NCBI GenBank assembly: GCA_022821965.1
Contig: JAJECN010000035.1
Span: 76,222 to 140,221, forward strand
Direction of reading: 5' to 3'
Length of the DNA stretch: 64,000 nt
DNA from: Candidatus Poribacteria bacterium
GTDB taxonomy: Bacteria; Poribacteria; WGA-4E; WGA-3G
Positions 28,790 through 39,283 of the stretch are shown here, in pieces. The first letter of the stretch is position 1. Each line of letters opens with the position of its first letter. Under the pieces are notes generated by a model that worked only from the letters and a program-made list of their open reading frames with translations, had not been told where the DNA came from and made no database searches. The position numbers and the translations under genes are program-made.

Positions 28790-28921
28790 CTTGGTTTTCA
28801 GAGTCAGAGTCATCGGTTATCAGTTATCGGTTTTCAGTTAAGAGAAATTCTGTAGCGATCACTTATAAAGCAACTGCCATAAAGCGTTAACTGATAACTG
28901 ACAACTGACGACTGACAACTA
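28790..28921. repeat. Palindromic intergenic element built from tandem heptamers (CAGTTAT/CGGTTTT ... ATAACTG/ACAACTG), STRR-like
   Basis: Left arm ggttatcagttatcggttttcagttaag, about 40-bp spacer, right arm gttaactgataactgacaactgacgactgacaact. The right arm ends at the hemL stop codon. Confidence 0.7.
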
Positions 28922-30262
28922 CTAACAGAGATTCGCCAATACCTGTGTTGCGGCTTGAACGGTTGTGTTGATATCCTCGTCAGAATGGACCAAAGAGACA
29001 AATCCTGCTTCAAATTGGGACGGGGCAACATAGACACCACGCTCCACGAGTCCCCAAAAATATTGCTGGTAACGTTCAGTATCCGCCGTGCGCGCGCCAT
29101 CAGCATCCGTGACAGTTTCCGGTGTAAAGTAGAGCATCAACATCGAACCGACTCGACTGTGCCACGCATCAATGCCGTGTTTTTGGGTTGCCTCAGCGAG
29201 GCCCTCCGCGAGGGTAGCGGCACTGCTCTCAAGTTGTTCATAAACCCCCGGTTCAGCGAGTTTCCGCAGCGTCGTTATACCCGCAGTAACGGCTAACGGA
29301 TTGCCAGACAGTGTCCCTGCCTGATAGACATCGCCTTCCGGGGCAACACACCGCATGATGTCCTGATTTCCGCCGTATGCCCCAACAGGTAAACCACCAC
29401 CGATAATCTTCCCTAAACAGGTCATGTCGGGCGTGACGTTATAGTAGGATTGGGCACCGCCATAAGCCACTCGAAAGCCGGTGATGACTTCATCAAAAAT
29501 AAGCACGATGCCGTGCTCTTCAGTGATTTCACGGAGTTGATTGAGGTAACCCTCGTATGGTGGGATGATGCCCATATTGCCCATAATCGGTTCGAGAATG
29601 AGACAGGCAATTTCGTCTGGATTGGCTTCTACCGCTTCGCGGACAGCCTCAGGGTCGTTAAAAGGTACAGTGAGCGTATTACGTGCGAAATCCTCTGGGA
29701 CGCCACCACTATCGGAAAGTCCAAATGTTGCAACACCGGAGCCTGCTTTCGCCAATAGGTAATCCACATGACCGTGATAGCAGCCATCGATTTTGAGGAT
29801 TTTATCGCGACCGGTATACCCGCGAGCGACGCGGATAGCACTCATTGTCGCCTCGGTACCAGAGTTGACGAGTCGCACCTGTTCAATCGAAGGCACCGCG
29901 TTTACAATGGTTTCAGCGAGTTCTGTCTCTCGTGTCGTCGGTGCCCCAAAACTCGTACCGTCCAACGCTGTCGAACGAATAGCCTCTATAACGCTCGGAT
30001 GTGCATGCCCCAAAACCAATGGACCCCATGAAGCAACATAATCAATATATTCGTTTCCATCAATGTCGTATACTTTTGAACCCTCACCGCGGGCAATGAA
30101 ACGGGGATGTCCACCGACTTTGCTGAAGTTTCGGACAGGACTGTTGACCCCACCTGGGATAACTCGTTGTGATTTTTGCCATGCGGCTAAGGATTTACTA
30201 CTCTCCAAAGCGTTTCCTCCAATTTTTCTATGGCTATCGGCTGACAGCCAATTTATAGCCAT
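28922..30262 (-). CDS. hemL: Glutamate-1-semialdehyde 2,1-aminomutase
   Basis: Full-length class III aminotransferase/GSA-AM similarity. PLP-binding Lys region ([18 protein letters not shown]). Confidence 0.9.
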   Translation of the reverse strand: MAINWLSADSHRKIGGNALESSKSLAAWQKSQRVIPGGVNSPVRNFSKVGGHPRFIARGEGSKVYDIDGNEYIDYVASWGPLVLGHAHPSVIEAIRSTALDGTSFGAPTTRETELAETIVNAVPSIEQVRLVNSGTEATMSAIRVARGYTGRDKILKIDGCYHGHVDYLLAKAGSGVATFGLSDSGGVPEDFARNTLTVPFNDPEAVREAVEANPDEIACLILEPIMGNMGIIPPYEGYLNQLREITEEHGIVLIFDEVITGFRVAYGGAQSYYNVTPDMTCLGKIIGGGLPVGAYGGNQDIMRCVAPEGDVYQAGTLSGNPLAVTAGITTLRKLAEPGVYEQLESSAATLAEGLAEATQKHGIDAWHSRVGSMLMLYFTPETVTDADGARTADTERYQQYFWGLVERGVYVAPSQFEAGFVSLVHSDEDINTTVQAATQVLANLC

Positions 30263-31224
30263 TCCACAACGGACTTTGCGAAATAGGTTAAAATCATATC
30301 AGCACCTGCGCGCTTGATACTGTTGAGTACTTCCAAAGCGACCCGTTCCTCATCTACCCAACCGTTCTGCGCCGCTGCTTTAATCATAGCGTATTCACCG
30401 CTGACATTGTAAGCAGCAACAGGGACCTGAAATTCTGTTTTGACTCGATGAATGACATCCAGATAGGAAAGGGCAGGTTTCACCATAAGAACATCCGCGC
30501 CTTCTTGAATATCCAATGCAACCTCGCGCAACGCTTCTTCTGCATTTGCCGGATCCATCTGATAAGAACGTCGGTCACCAAACTGTGGTGTAGATTCCGC
30601 CGCTTCACGAAAAGGTCCGTAAAAGGCGGAAGCGTATTTGGCAGAATACGCCATAATTGGTACGTTTTCATACCCGTTTTCGTCCAACGCCTCGCGAATC
30701 GTCCCGACACGACCGTCCATCATATCCGAAGGCGCGATGACATCGGCACCGGCGCGTGCATGCGATAAACTCTCCTTAACGAGCAACTCCAGTGTCGGAT
30801 CGTTTTGTACTTCACCAGCCTCGATGACACCGCAATGCCCGTGGTCAGTGTATTCACAGAGACAGACATCTGTCATAACAAGCAGATCAGGCACCGCGTC
30901 CTTAACGGCTCGAACCGCCTGCTGAATGATACCGTCGTCGGCGTACGCCTCAGAACCGAGCGCATCTTTCGCCTCTGGAACCCCAAACAAGATTGTGCCG
31001 GGGATTCCGAGTGCGGCGAGTTCTTTCGCGGCGGTGACGAGAGTGTCAACCGAGTATTGGTAACATCCGGGCATTGCTGAAATTTCGGTTGCGGTGTTAT
31101 GTCCATGAACGACGAACATCGGATAGATGAGATCATCAACGGAGAGCGTTGTTTCACGAATGAGCCGCCGCAGGTTCTCATTCGCGCGAAGTCGCCTTGG
31201 ACGATAGATGGGAAAGGTACTCAT
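30253..31224 (-). CDS. hemB: Porphobilinogen synthase (delta-aminolevulinate dehydratase)
   Basis: ALAD family signatures ([10 protein letters not shown] active-site Lys region, Cys-rich metal site [12 protein letters not shown]). 10-nt overlap with hemL. Confidence 0.9.
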   Translation of the reverse strand: MSTFPIYRPRRLRANENLRRLIRETTLSVDDLIYPMFVVHGHNTATEISAMPGCYQYSVDTLVTAAKELAALGIPGTILFGVPEAKDALGSEAYADDGIIQQAVRAVKDAVPDLLVMTDVCLCEYTDHGHCGVIEAGEVQNDPTLELLVKESLSHARAGADVIAPSDMMDGRVGTIREALDENGYENVPIMAYSAKYASAFYGPFREAAESTPQFGDRRSYQMDPANAEEALREVALDIQEGADVLMVKPALSYLDVIHRVKTEFQVPVAAYNVSGEYAMIKAAAQNGWVDEERVALEVLNSIKRAGADMILTYFAKSVVEWL

Positions 31225-32147
31225 TCTTCCTCCGAAGGTGAGCCTGTGATTTCGTACCGTACCAACTCAAGCGTTTGGTCTTCGGGAGCCTCCAATCCGA
31301 AGGCTTCATTCCCTTCAGGCTGCTCGTGCGTATGTTCAAATTTGACAATACCGACATTAGGTGCCAACCAGATCGTTGTTAAGGTTACATCCTTCTGTTC
31401 TTGCGGTCCCGGTTGTTCCGGCACCTCCACAGATAGAACCGTTTCTGTTGTTGCATCCGTTCGGTATTCAATCACCAAACAGTCCTCAAAAGTGCCAGCG
31501 TCTGTTTCCACCGTTTCTGTTCCAGTGACATTCCCCGTCTCTACGAGGGTCGTAAAGGTTTTAACAGACTGCATCGAGCCACCCGGTAACTCCATAGGTG
31601 CTCCTTGGATATCAATTGTTACGGTCAGTACAGCGTTTATCTCAATGGCTGGCCACTCTTCACCGAAAGTAGCGGGTGTTGGTAGGAAATAGAAGTAGTC
31701 TTGGGATTCTGCCTCAATATCGTAATCTATGTCGAATGTGATATTTAATCCCTCTGGGACCTGCTCCTGCATCCCTTGCCGCAGTACCCCCATTAATTCT
31801 TCCATCTGTTTCATTGTAGCTGCCTTGAGAGCGTTCTCAATTTCATCGCCAACAAAAAACGCTATCCAATCATCACCAATTTGGTAGAAATAGGGGTTAA
31901 CATAATGCTCAAAGTTTGCCCAGTCTTCCAACGGAGGATCATAACTGAAGGCACGATAGGTTTCACCATCAATATCCTCTGGCTCTATCGCGTAGCGCGT
32001 TACCTCATCACCATTTTGATCTTCATAAACCCAGTAGCTGCCGACTGCAGCTGGAAAGTAGTAGTTCGCCCATTCATTTCCTATCGACACCGCGCTGAAA
32101 CTAAAAATGAGCAAAAGCACGAAAACAGGTTGCAATTTCTTGAACAT
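31221..32147 (-). CDS. Secreted hypothetical protein
   Basis: Signal peptide [23 protein letters not shown]. Acidic. No recognised domain. 4-nt overlap with the hemB start. Confidence 0.4.
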   Translation of the reverse strand: MFKKLQPVFVLLLIFSFSAVSIGNEWANYYFPAAVGSYWVYEDQNGDEVTRYAIEPEDIDGETYRAFSYDPPLEDWANFEHYVNPYFYQIGDDWIAFFVGDEIENALKAATMKQMEELMGVLRQGMQEQVPEGLNITFDIDYDIEAESQDYFYFLPTPATFGEEWPAIEINAVLTVTIDIQGAPMELPGGSMQSVKTFTTLVETGNVTGTETVETDAGTFEDCLVIEYRTDATTETVLSVEVPEQPGPQEQKDVTLTTIWLAPNVGIVKFEHTHEQPEGNEAFGLEAPEDQTLELVRYEITGSPSEEE

Positions 32148-32237
32148 GAAAAACTCCTCTTGTGTTTTATATTTTCTCCAATTAAAGTATACAGAATCTT
32201 ATCCCAAACGGCAAGGAAAATTCCATGAATGCGTCAC

Positions 32238-33323
32238 TTAGCGTTTCTCATATTCAAAGGGGAAGGTAATAGGTGCCCCGTTGTTTGACCATGAACGCGC
32301 CATCGCAACATCAATCTCCCGATCCTTACGACCGTTGTAAGCACCGTATTCAGGCTCTGTGTCGTTGCGAACGGCATTGACAAGACTCATCAGTTCTGAG
32401 GCAACAGTAATCTCGCCGTCGCTGAGCGGATAATTTTGCAACGGATTTTCCCATACCACTTCGGGTTCAGTATCAGCGACAAGCGCGGCTAAGGTTTCAT
32501 AACCATCAACCGTATTCGTTCTACGGGAAATGTTAATTGCGCGTTGTTCATCGGCAGTCTCATTCAAGATGACTGCGTCATTTCGGAAACACATCCCACG
32601 TTCCGCATAGAACTTCGAGCCGTTAAAGCCTCGCAATGGGGAGCCGTAGGAGAGACCACTGAAGTTAAAAATCCCAACTGCACCGTCTGAAAACTCAATG
32701 ACTGCATGTTGCCAATCCTCAGTGTCGCGCGTGGGCTGTCCTTGCCGCCAGACATGTTCTTGGACACTATACCCTTTTCGGAAGCCGTAAACCTGCACGG
32801 GTTCGTTATCAAAACCGACGTAGCTGCGGATAAGCCCGATACCGTGATAGCCGTGCCCTCGGAAGTCATTGTAAGCGACATTGACTTTGCCGAAGACTCC
32901 CGCCAGAATCATTTCCCGTTTTATCCGCTCCGTAGGTACCCGGTAATAGTTTTCGTTGACTTCCAACTTTGTGCCGTTCGCCTGTGCAGACGCGATCATC
33001 TTGTCTGCCCATCCGAGATCGGTATCAATCGGCGTTTCAGTGCAATAACTGACACCACGTTCAGAACAGAGCAAGCCCGGAATATGATTGTTGCTGGGTG
33101 TAATCACGATTGCACAGATATCAGGTTTCGCCGTGTCCAACATCTGCTCGGTGTCTGTGTAAGCAGGAACATTGTATTTCTCACCCTGTTCAGTAACACT
33201 CTCTTCGCGTGGATCGCAAACAGCGACGAGTTCTAAGTCATCTGTCAATTTTGAGATAAGGGGAAGGTAGGTTCCGGCACCGCGTCTGCCTGTACCAATA
33301 TGCGCGATTTTGAGTCTATCCAC
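32238..33323 (-). CDS. Gfo/Idh/MocA family oxidoreductase
   Basis: MDRLKIAHIGTGRRG Rossmann N-terminus plus the C-terminal GFO_IDH_MocA_C region. Confidence 0.75.
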   Translation of the reverse strand: MDRLKIAHIGTGRRGAGTYLPLISKLTDDLELVAVCDPREESVTEQGEKYNVPAYTDTEQMLDTAKPDICAIVITPSNNHIPGLLCSERGVSYCTETPIDTDLGWADKMIASAQANGTKLEVNENYYRVPTERIKREMILAGVFGKVNVAYNDFRGHGYHGIGLIRSYVGFDNEPVQVYGFRKGYSVQEHVWRQGQPTRDTEDWQHAVIEFSDGAVGIFNFSGLSYGSPLRGFNGSKFYAERGMCFRNDAVILNETADEQRAINISRRTNTVDGYETLAALVADTEPEVVWENPLQNYPLSDGEITVASELMSLVNAVRNDTEPEYGAYNGRKDREIDVAMARSWSNNGAPITFPFEYEKR

Positions 33324-33365
33324 GGCTTTCCTCCTCGGAGGGGTGTGAGTCGGTGCCCGCCTTTA

Positions 33366-33854
33366 TTATTCCACCCAAAAGACATGGCTCCGCTCAAAGA
33401 GATCATCGTCTAAGTAGATTTCAACGAACCATTCGCCTGTAATTTCTGGCAGGTCAATATAAAACCACGTAATTTTATCGCCGGTTGTTGATCTGAGGGT
33501 CTGCTCCTCTGTCCAGAACGGAGGATCGTCCAAGTCATCCTCTGGCGAGTACCACAAGACTTTAACGGTGTGTGGTTCCGCGATATTTGCCCATAAGATC
33601 CATAAAAATACCCGATCATTGACCCCAGCAGAGAAAGTGGTCGTGATACCATCGGGTCTATCCTCAAAGACACTGATCGCCAAGACAGAATCAACAATAG
33701 TCGGCTCATCTCGACCTATATCTGTGACACCACTTCCACCGGAAGAGGTCTCACTACAACCGCTCAACGCAATGGTTAGCGACAGTAGCACTATCCCGAA
33801 TATAGAATATGGAGTTGGGGGCAACTTCTTGACGAAGGTGTAGGCTTGACGCAC
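33366..33854 (-). CDS. Hypothetical lipoprotein
   Basis: Signal peptide with lipobox (LTIALSGC). Confidence 0.4.
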   Translation of the reverse strand: MRQAYTFVKKLPPTPYSIFGIVLLSLTIALSGCSETSSGGSGVTDIGRDEPTIVDSVLAISVFEDRPDGITTTFSAGVNDRVFLWILWANIAEPHTVKVLWYSPEDDLDDPPFWTEEQTLRSTTGDKITWFYIDLPEITGEWFVEIYLDDDLFERSHVFWVE

Positions 33855-34000
33855 GTGTCTTCTCCTGTGTGGGCGCGAAACTTAAGTAAGTAATCCAATA
33901 CAAATTCCAGTTCCTATTGTATCAGTCTGCCGATTTTTTGTCAAAGAAAAATTGAGGAAAGAGAGTTCCAGTTTAGAGATGAATCCCACCAAAATCCGTG

Positions 34001-34029
34001 TTGACATACACTGTCTTTGGTGATAAACT
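34001..34029 (+). promoter_or_regulatory. Sigma-70-like promoter TTGACA-17-TAAACT
   Basis: Perfect -35 box, 17-nt spacer. Followed by AGAGGAG SD and ATG 34054. Confidence 0.4.
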
Positions 34030-34053
34030 AAAGCAACAATAGAGGAGCAGCTT

Positions 34054-35610
34054 ATGAGATTTGATACAATTATTGCAGGCGGAAATATCGTAGACGGAAC
34101 GGGTGAACGGGAACCTTTTGTTGCGGACATCGGCATTCAAGACGACCAAATCGCCGCGATCGGCGACCTTGCTAAAGCGGAAACAGGACATCGGATTTCC
34201 GCGGAGGGGCAGGTTGTTTGCCCCGGTTTCGTCGATGTGCACGTGCATTCTGAAATCGCCTTGCTCGGTGGACGCGACCAATTCGCTGCCGTCAGTCAAG
34301 GTGTAACGACGCATTTAGCCGCGCCAGATGGCTTCGGATGGGCACCCTTACCGCCAGAGCAGGCGAAAGAATTGTGGCACTACACACAATTCGCTTATGG
34401 CGATGCTGAACTGCCACTCAACTGGGAAACACCTGAAGCGTATCTCGATATGTTCCACGGGCGAATCCCTGCGAACCTCTGTCCGCAAGTACCGCACTGC
34501 GCTGTTCGGCTCGGTGTGATGGGTTGGGATCCGCGTCCGGCAACCAGTGATGAACTTCTATCAATGTCGCGTGTAACCCGTAGGTGGTTAGAGGAAGGGG
34601 CTTGCTGTCTTTGCTTAGGGTTGGATTATCAACCCTCCGCAAATGCCGATTTAAATGAACTTGTGTATCTTTCAGGTATCGCTCAAGCCTACGGTGCAAT
34701 CTACGCAGCACATATTCGATACCGCATTCTTGGGAGAAAAAAGGCGTGGGAGGAAACGATTGAAATTGCACAACGCGCCGGGATTCCTGTGCATATCTCA
34801 CATGAACGGGTAGACGATGAAGTTGCTGATATACTTGAACGTGTTGAGAATGAACAGATCGATTTGACCTTTGAATCCTACCTCTACCCCGCTGGTATGA
34901 CACACCTCGCAATGATGCTCCCAATGGAGTATCAGACCGGTGCCCCTGATGATATGTTAGCACAACTGGAAAACCCAGAAGTCAGGGAAAAATCGATCAC
35001 ACACCTACGAAGTGAATTACGCGACGGCAGCCAGATTGTGGGTTACAACCGTTCCGGTAGGTTTATCGGGATGACACTCGCTGAAGCCGCTGAAAGCGAA
35101 GGTAAGTCTTATGAAGAGTTTGCCTTCGATTTTATTCGTGAAGAAGCCGCGGTCGAAACCTTTGTGATGCCGTGGGCGACAACACCCGAAGAAAACGAAC
35201 GCATCCTGAACCGTACGGCAAGCCACCCCCGCATGATGATTGCAAGCGATGGCGTTTACAACATTCCACATCCACACCCTCGGAGCTACGGCTGTTTCGT
35301 GCAATACCTCGGCAAGTTCGTGCGTGAACGCCAGTTGATCTCGTTGAAAGAAGCCATCTATAAAATGAGCGGTTTTCCAGCAGAACGATTCCGATTGTAC
35401 GACCGCGGAAGAATTGACCGCGGGCTTGCTGCTGACATCGTTGTCTTTGACCCAGATACCGTTGCAGACCGATCCACTTGGTTTGACCCCGTCCAATCCC
35501 CTGTCGGTGTAAACTGGGTGTTCGTTAACGGCGTTTCAGTTGTTGAAGATGGAAACGTGACGGGGCAACTGCCGGGCAGAGTGCTGCGTCAACAACGATG
35601 GACGAGATAA
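34054..35610 (+). CDS. Amidohydrolase-superfamily enzyme (N-acyl-D-amino-acid deacylase / D-aminoacylase family)
   Basis: IIAGGNIVDGTG...PGFVDVHVHSE metal-binding HxH motif and overall D-aminoacylase-like length (518 aa). Confidence 0.7.
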   Translation: MRFDTIIAGGNIVDGTGEREPFVADIGIQDDQIAAIGDLAKAETGHRISAEGQVVCPGFVDVHVHSEIALLGGRDQFAAVSQGVTTHLAAPDGFGWAPLPPEQAKELWHYTQFAYGDAELPLNWETPEAYLDMFHGRIPANLCPQVPHCAVRLGVMGWDPRPATSDELLSMSRVTRRWLEEGACCLCLGLDYQPSANADLNELVYLSGIAQAYGAIYAAHIRYRILGRKKAWEETIEIAQRAGIPVHISHERVDDEVADILERVENEQIDLTFESYLYPAGMTHLAMMLPMEYQTGAPDDMLAQLENPEVREKSITHLRSELRDGSQIVGYNRSGRFIGMTLAEAAESEGKSYEEFAFDFIREEAAVETFVMPWATTPEENERILNRTASHPRMMIASDGVYNIPHPHPRSYGCFVQYLGKFVRERQLISLKEAIYKMSGFPAERFRLYDRGRIDRGLAADIVVFDPDTVADRSTWFDPVQSPVGVNWVFVNGVSVVEDGNVTGQLPGRVLRQQRWTR

Positions 35611-35611
35611 C

Positions 35612-37054
35612 GTGGAGGGGAAAACCGTGGATGTATATGATTTGACGATTATTGGCGGCGGAAGTGCTGGACTCGTGCTTGCCGTGGCGGGTGCAAAGTT
35701 AGGCAAAAAGACAGCACTTGTAGAGAAACACCGCATCGGTGGAGATTGCCTCTGGACAGGATGCGTGCCTTCCAAAGCACTCCTTAAAGTGGCAAAGGTC
35801 GCGAATTACATCGGAGATGCCGAGAAATACGGGATTACATCCACCGACACAACGCTCAACTGGCAGAGCGTCATGGAGTATGTACGTAGCACCCAACATG
35901 TCATAGAAGAGGAACATGACAATCCTGAGCGATTTCGTGAGATGGGCGTTGATGTCATCTTCGGAAACGGGCATTTTGAATCAAGGGACACTTTCGTTAT
36001 AGAAGATACTGAGAACGACCAACCCCGTACGCTCAAAAGCAAAAGGTTTGTGATTAGCACCGGTTCTCGACCGCTTGCCCCACCTATACCCGGATTGGAA
36101 GCTTGTGATTATCTTGACAGTGAGAACGTCTGGGAACTTGAAGAGTTACCCAACCGACTGCTCGTCGTCGGCGCGGGTCCCATCGGCGTTGAATTGGGGC
36201 AAGCGTTTCATCGACTCGGTGCTGATGTGACGATAGCACAACGGAGCGGACGCATCTTGACGAAGGAAGACACCGATGTCTCTGAACAAATGCTGGGTTA
36301 CCTCCGCGAGGAAGGCGTTACGATCCGACTCAATACGAACATTGCACAGGTTGTGCAACGTCAAGAAGGCATAAGCGTGACCTTCAGCAACGGTGAAAGC
36401 GAAACGACGGAACAAATCTTTGATAAGATTCTAATTGCTGCAGGACGTGCGCCGAACGTTGAAGGGTTAGAACTTGACAAAATCGGGGTGCAGGTAGGCA
36501 AGCGTGGCATTGAAGTAAACAACAGACTTCAGACAAACATCAAAAACATCTATGCCGCAGGCGATGTCATCGGACACTATCTGTTCACACACGTTGCTGC
36601 TTTCCAAGCGCAACTACTCATCCGAAATATCTTCTTCCCGCTCTCCAAAACGATCAACTATGCTGTTGTCCCGTGGACAACCTTCTGCGACCCGGAGGTT
36701 GCCCGATGTGGTCTAACCGAGGCAGAGGCGCGCGAGAAATATGGGGATGTTGATGTGTTCACACTCGATCAGAACGACGTTGACAGAGCCGTCGCGGAGG
36801 GCGAGACGCGAGGTTTTAGTAAAGTTATTGCGAGTCGTTGGACAGGAAAAATATTGGGAGTGCACCTCGTCGGAGCAAATGCTGGAGAGGTTATCCATGA
36901 ATACGTTTTGGCAATGCAAGAGGGGATCCCACTGCGGAAGTTGAGCGGGATGATTCATGTATATCCAACGTTTTCGAGCAGTGTTTGGCGCGTAGCAGGC
37001 AAATGGTTCTCAGAAAGCACGCTCATTCAGACACTGAGGAAATTGATTCCATAA
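35612..37054 (+). CDS. Class I FAD-dependent pyridine nucleotide-disulfide oxidoreductase (dihydrolipoyl dehydrogenase / mercuric reductase-like)
   Basis: FAD motif LTIIGGGSAGL. Redox-active disulfide GGDCLWTGCVPSK. NAD motif VVGAGPIGVE. C-terminal dimerisation domain. Starts 2 nt after the amidohydrolase stop. Confidence 0.7.
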   Translation: MEGKTVDVYDLTIIGGGSAGLVLAVAGAKLGKKTALVEKHRIGGDCLWTGCVPSKALLKVAKVANYIGDAEKYGITSTDTTLNWQSVMEYVRSTQHVIEEEHDNPERFREMGVDVIFGNGHFESRDTFVIEDTENDQPRTLKSKRFVISTGSRPLAPPIPGLEACDYLDSENVWELEELPNRLLVVGAGPIGVELGQAFHRLGADVTIAQRSGRILTKEDTDVSEQMLGYLREEGVTIRLNTNIAQVVQRQEGISVTFSNGESETTEQIFDKILIAAGRAPNVEGLELDKIGVQVGKRGIEVNNRLQTNIKNIYAAGDVIGHYLFTHVAAFQAQLLIRNIFFPLSKTINYAVVPWTTFCDPEVARCGLTEAEAREKYGDVDVFTLDQNDVDRAVAEGETRGFSKVIASRWTGKILGVHLVGANAGEVIHEYVLAMQEGIPLRKLSGMIHVYPTFSSSVWRVAGKWFSESTLIQTLRKLIP

Positions 37055-37127
37055 CACTACAGCGCGTGTCTCTACACGGACGAAACACCGTGGCAAAGCA
37101 CACGAGAACGAAAGAGGTTTTCCTATA

Positions 37128-37166
37128 ATGCCGTATGGACAGGCACGGATACCTGTCCATACAATA
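37128..37166. terminator. Perfect 11-bp stem hairpin between convergent genes
   Basis: GTATGGACAGG-cacggata-CCTGTCCATAC, located between the stop at 37054 (+) and the stop at 37178 (-). No strong U-tract. Confidence 0.4.
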
Positions 37167-37177
37167 GTGTTCTGAGA

Positions 37178-39283
37178 TTATTGCGCGCCTTCTATTGGCA
37201 GCACACCCGCTTCCACGCCTCCTACTTTAATCCTAATCTGTACCTCTTTAGATCCTGTTACGATGAAACCTTTAATAATGAGTTCAGTTTCTATAGGTTG
37301 TTCCGCAGAACCGTCTGGGAGTGGGAAGCCTTCCGGCAATGGAAAACCTTCTGGAATTTTTCCGTTATCGCCTTCACCTTCTTCGCCATTCTCTGGGAGT
37401 GGGAAGCCCTCTGGCAGCGATAAATCTTCCGGTAATGGGAATCCACCGCCAAAAGCTGAGGGTGTAAGGGTTATTGTAATTAACCCCGCATCCATCTGCT
37501 CTTCTTCCTTCTGACGGATGAGTTCGTCGAGGTTCCTTGGCAACGGTTTTTCATCTTCCTCTTCTTCCGTATCTAAGATGTCATCGAAAATATCGCCGAA
37601 GAGTTGTGTGAATTCTGTGTCGTCAGTCGATTCATCGTCGGCGGAAACCGTAAGGGTCGCTTCACCTATCGGGAAGCCGTCAGGGATGTCAAGTATAACT
37701 TCTCTTTGAATTGTTCGTTCAGCACCGGCAGTGCTCCAATGCGGAAGTAGCACAATCGAAACCGTGAGACTTTCCCCAGGCATCACTTCAGTGGGTACAA
37801 TAATTTCGTCAATTTCGGCTTTGGCAATTTGCGGTTTGTCCGTTATAGAAATCGACACCGCTTTCAATGTTGCTTTGCCCGCGCTGTTTCTAAGTGTATC
37901 GGTGAACGAAGCAATAACTGAACCCGTTCCTATGAACACATCTAAAAACGGATTTGAAGAGGCAGTTCGGAACTTTTCTGTATACACAGTTTCGGTTTCT
38001 TGAAAGTGAAGTGTTACAGTCCCTTCAACTGTTGCGGGGTTCCTTTCCATCCGAATAGCATCCATCGTTAAGGCTGCAACAGCCGGAATCGCCCATTCTT
38101 GACCATAAGCCACAACGTGATGTTTCTCCATTGGCGTGTTATTAACAGGACGATAAGAGAATTTCACTGGAATCATTGCTGGCCCCGGACCGAGCTCTCC
38201 TACAATTCCGGGATGTAGGTCTTTGGTTATTGTTCCGATCGGATTTCCAAACTCGGAGACGGATTTAACTGATAGCACCAACCTTGGCACGATTCCATGT
38301 GTCACTGCTCTGTATACCGGTAATGCAGACTTCCCATCAGCCACGAATGGATGCCCAAAGGCTACAAATTTATTGTCATAAATCTGTGTCACTGTCCCAA
38401 AACCAATGACACTCACAACGTCTCCTGTAGCTATGGCAGCACCAATCATATCTCCCGCAGAGAGTTTTGTTTTCACACCCGCAGGCGGTGCCGCACGGAC
38501 ACCCCCGATATTACCAAGCAATTCAACAAAATTGAATCTTGAATCGGAAAAGTATGAGGAAAGTTCTTGAATTCTGTGAGGCTGAATCCCTGTAATCATC
38601 ATAGGTGTTTTAACTGGCGCGTACAAGGAATTAATCGTGAGTGCGGGTGCCGCGGGTGCCGCCTCTTCCTCCAGAAACTCACCAAACGTTGGGTGGTTTA
38701 TTGCTGCCTCCATATAATCAATAGGTGTGACCAAGAACCGATACGGCGGTTTACTATACGAATATGCAAAGGCGAGAGCCCCCATAACACGTCCCGGGGG
38801 ACCGATAGGACTGCCCGACATTCCAGCTGCGACACCACCTAAAGCCTCTGCGGATTCATCAATCAATTCGCACTCGTAGACAGGTGATCCCAAAGGACCC
38901 TCTCGAACGGATCGAAATCGTGCCTGTAGGATAACTTTGCTGGTACCCTCAAGCACGGTAATGATTTCCAAGGGTGTTTTGCTTGTCAGTTTTCCAGCTT
39001 CATCCTCATACATATTTTCCAGTACAACATCTCCGGCAAAACGTGGGGCGTTAAGAACGGATGTAGAATCGTTCGTTATCGGATTTTCAGACTGTGTTTG
39101 CTCTTCATCAAGAGAACAGCCAAGTTGGTATAGCATCGTAATAGCAATGCTGGCAAAAATGAGCAGACGTTTCACTTTGATTCCTCCAAAGACAAAGGTT
39201 TCCTTAATTGTTTTGTTATAGTACACACTAAATTGACCCCTATCGATGAAATTCGCCAGCCATCCATCTTCGGAACACTTCAA
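37178..39283 (-). CDS. Secreted protein with SpoIVB/peptidase-S55-like serine protease core and C-terminal PEGFPLP repeat tail
   Basis: Signal/TM (LLIFASIAITMLYQLGCS). Candidate catalytic Ser in GMSGSPI and His in FVAFGHPF. C-terminus has five or more copies of PEGFPLP plus an acidic low-complexity stretch. Confidence 0.45.
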   Translation of the reverse strand: MKCSEDGWLANFIDRGQFSVYYNKTIKETFVFGGIKVKRLLIFASIAITMLYQLGCSLDEEQTQSENPITNDSTSVLNAPRFAGDVVLENMYEDEAGKLTSKTPLEIITVLEGTSKVILQARFRSVREGPLGSPVYECELIDESAEALGGVAAGMSGSPIGPPGRVMGALAFAYSYSKPPYRFLVTPIDYMEAAINHPTFGEFLEEEAAPAAPALTINSLYAPVKTPMMITGIQPHRIQELSSYFSDSRFNFVELLGNIGGVRAAPPAGVKTKLSAGDMIGAAIATGDVVSVIGFGTVTQIYDNKFVAFGHPFVADGKSALPVYRAVTHGIVPRLVLSVKSVSEFGNPIGTITKDLHPGIVGELGPGPAMIPVKFSYRPVNNTPMEKHHVVAYGQEWAIPAVAALTMDAIRMERNPATVEGTVTLHFQETETVYTEKFRTASSNPFLDVFIGTGSVIASFTDTLRNSAGKATLKAVSISITDKPQIAKAEIDEIIVPTEVMPGESLTVSIVLLPHWSTAGAERTIQREVILDIPDGFPIGEATLTVSADDESTDDTEFTQLFGDIFDDILDTEEEEDEKPLPRNLDELIRQKEEEQMDAGLITITLTPSAFGGGFPLPEDLSLPEGFPLPENGEEGEGDNGKIPEGFPLPEGFPLPDGSAEQPIETELIIKGFIVTGSKEVQIRIKVGGVEAGVLPIEGAQ

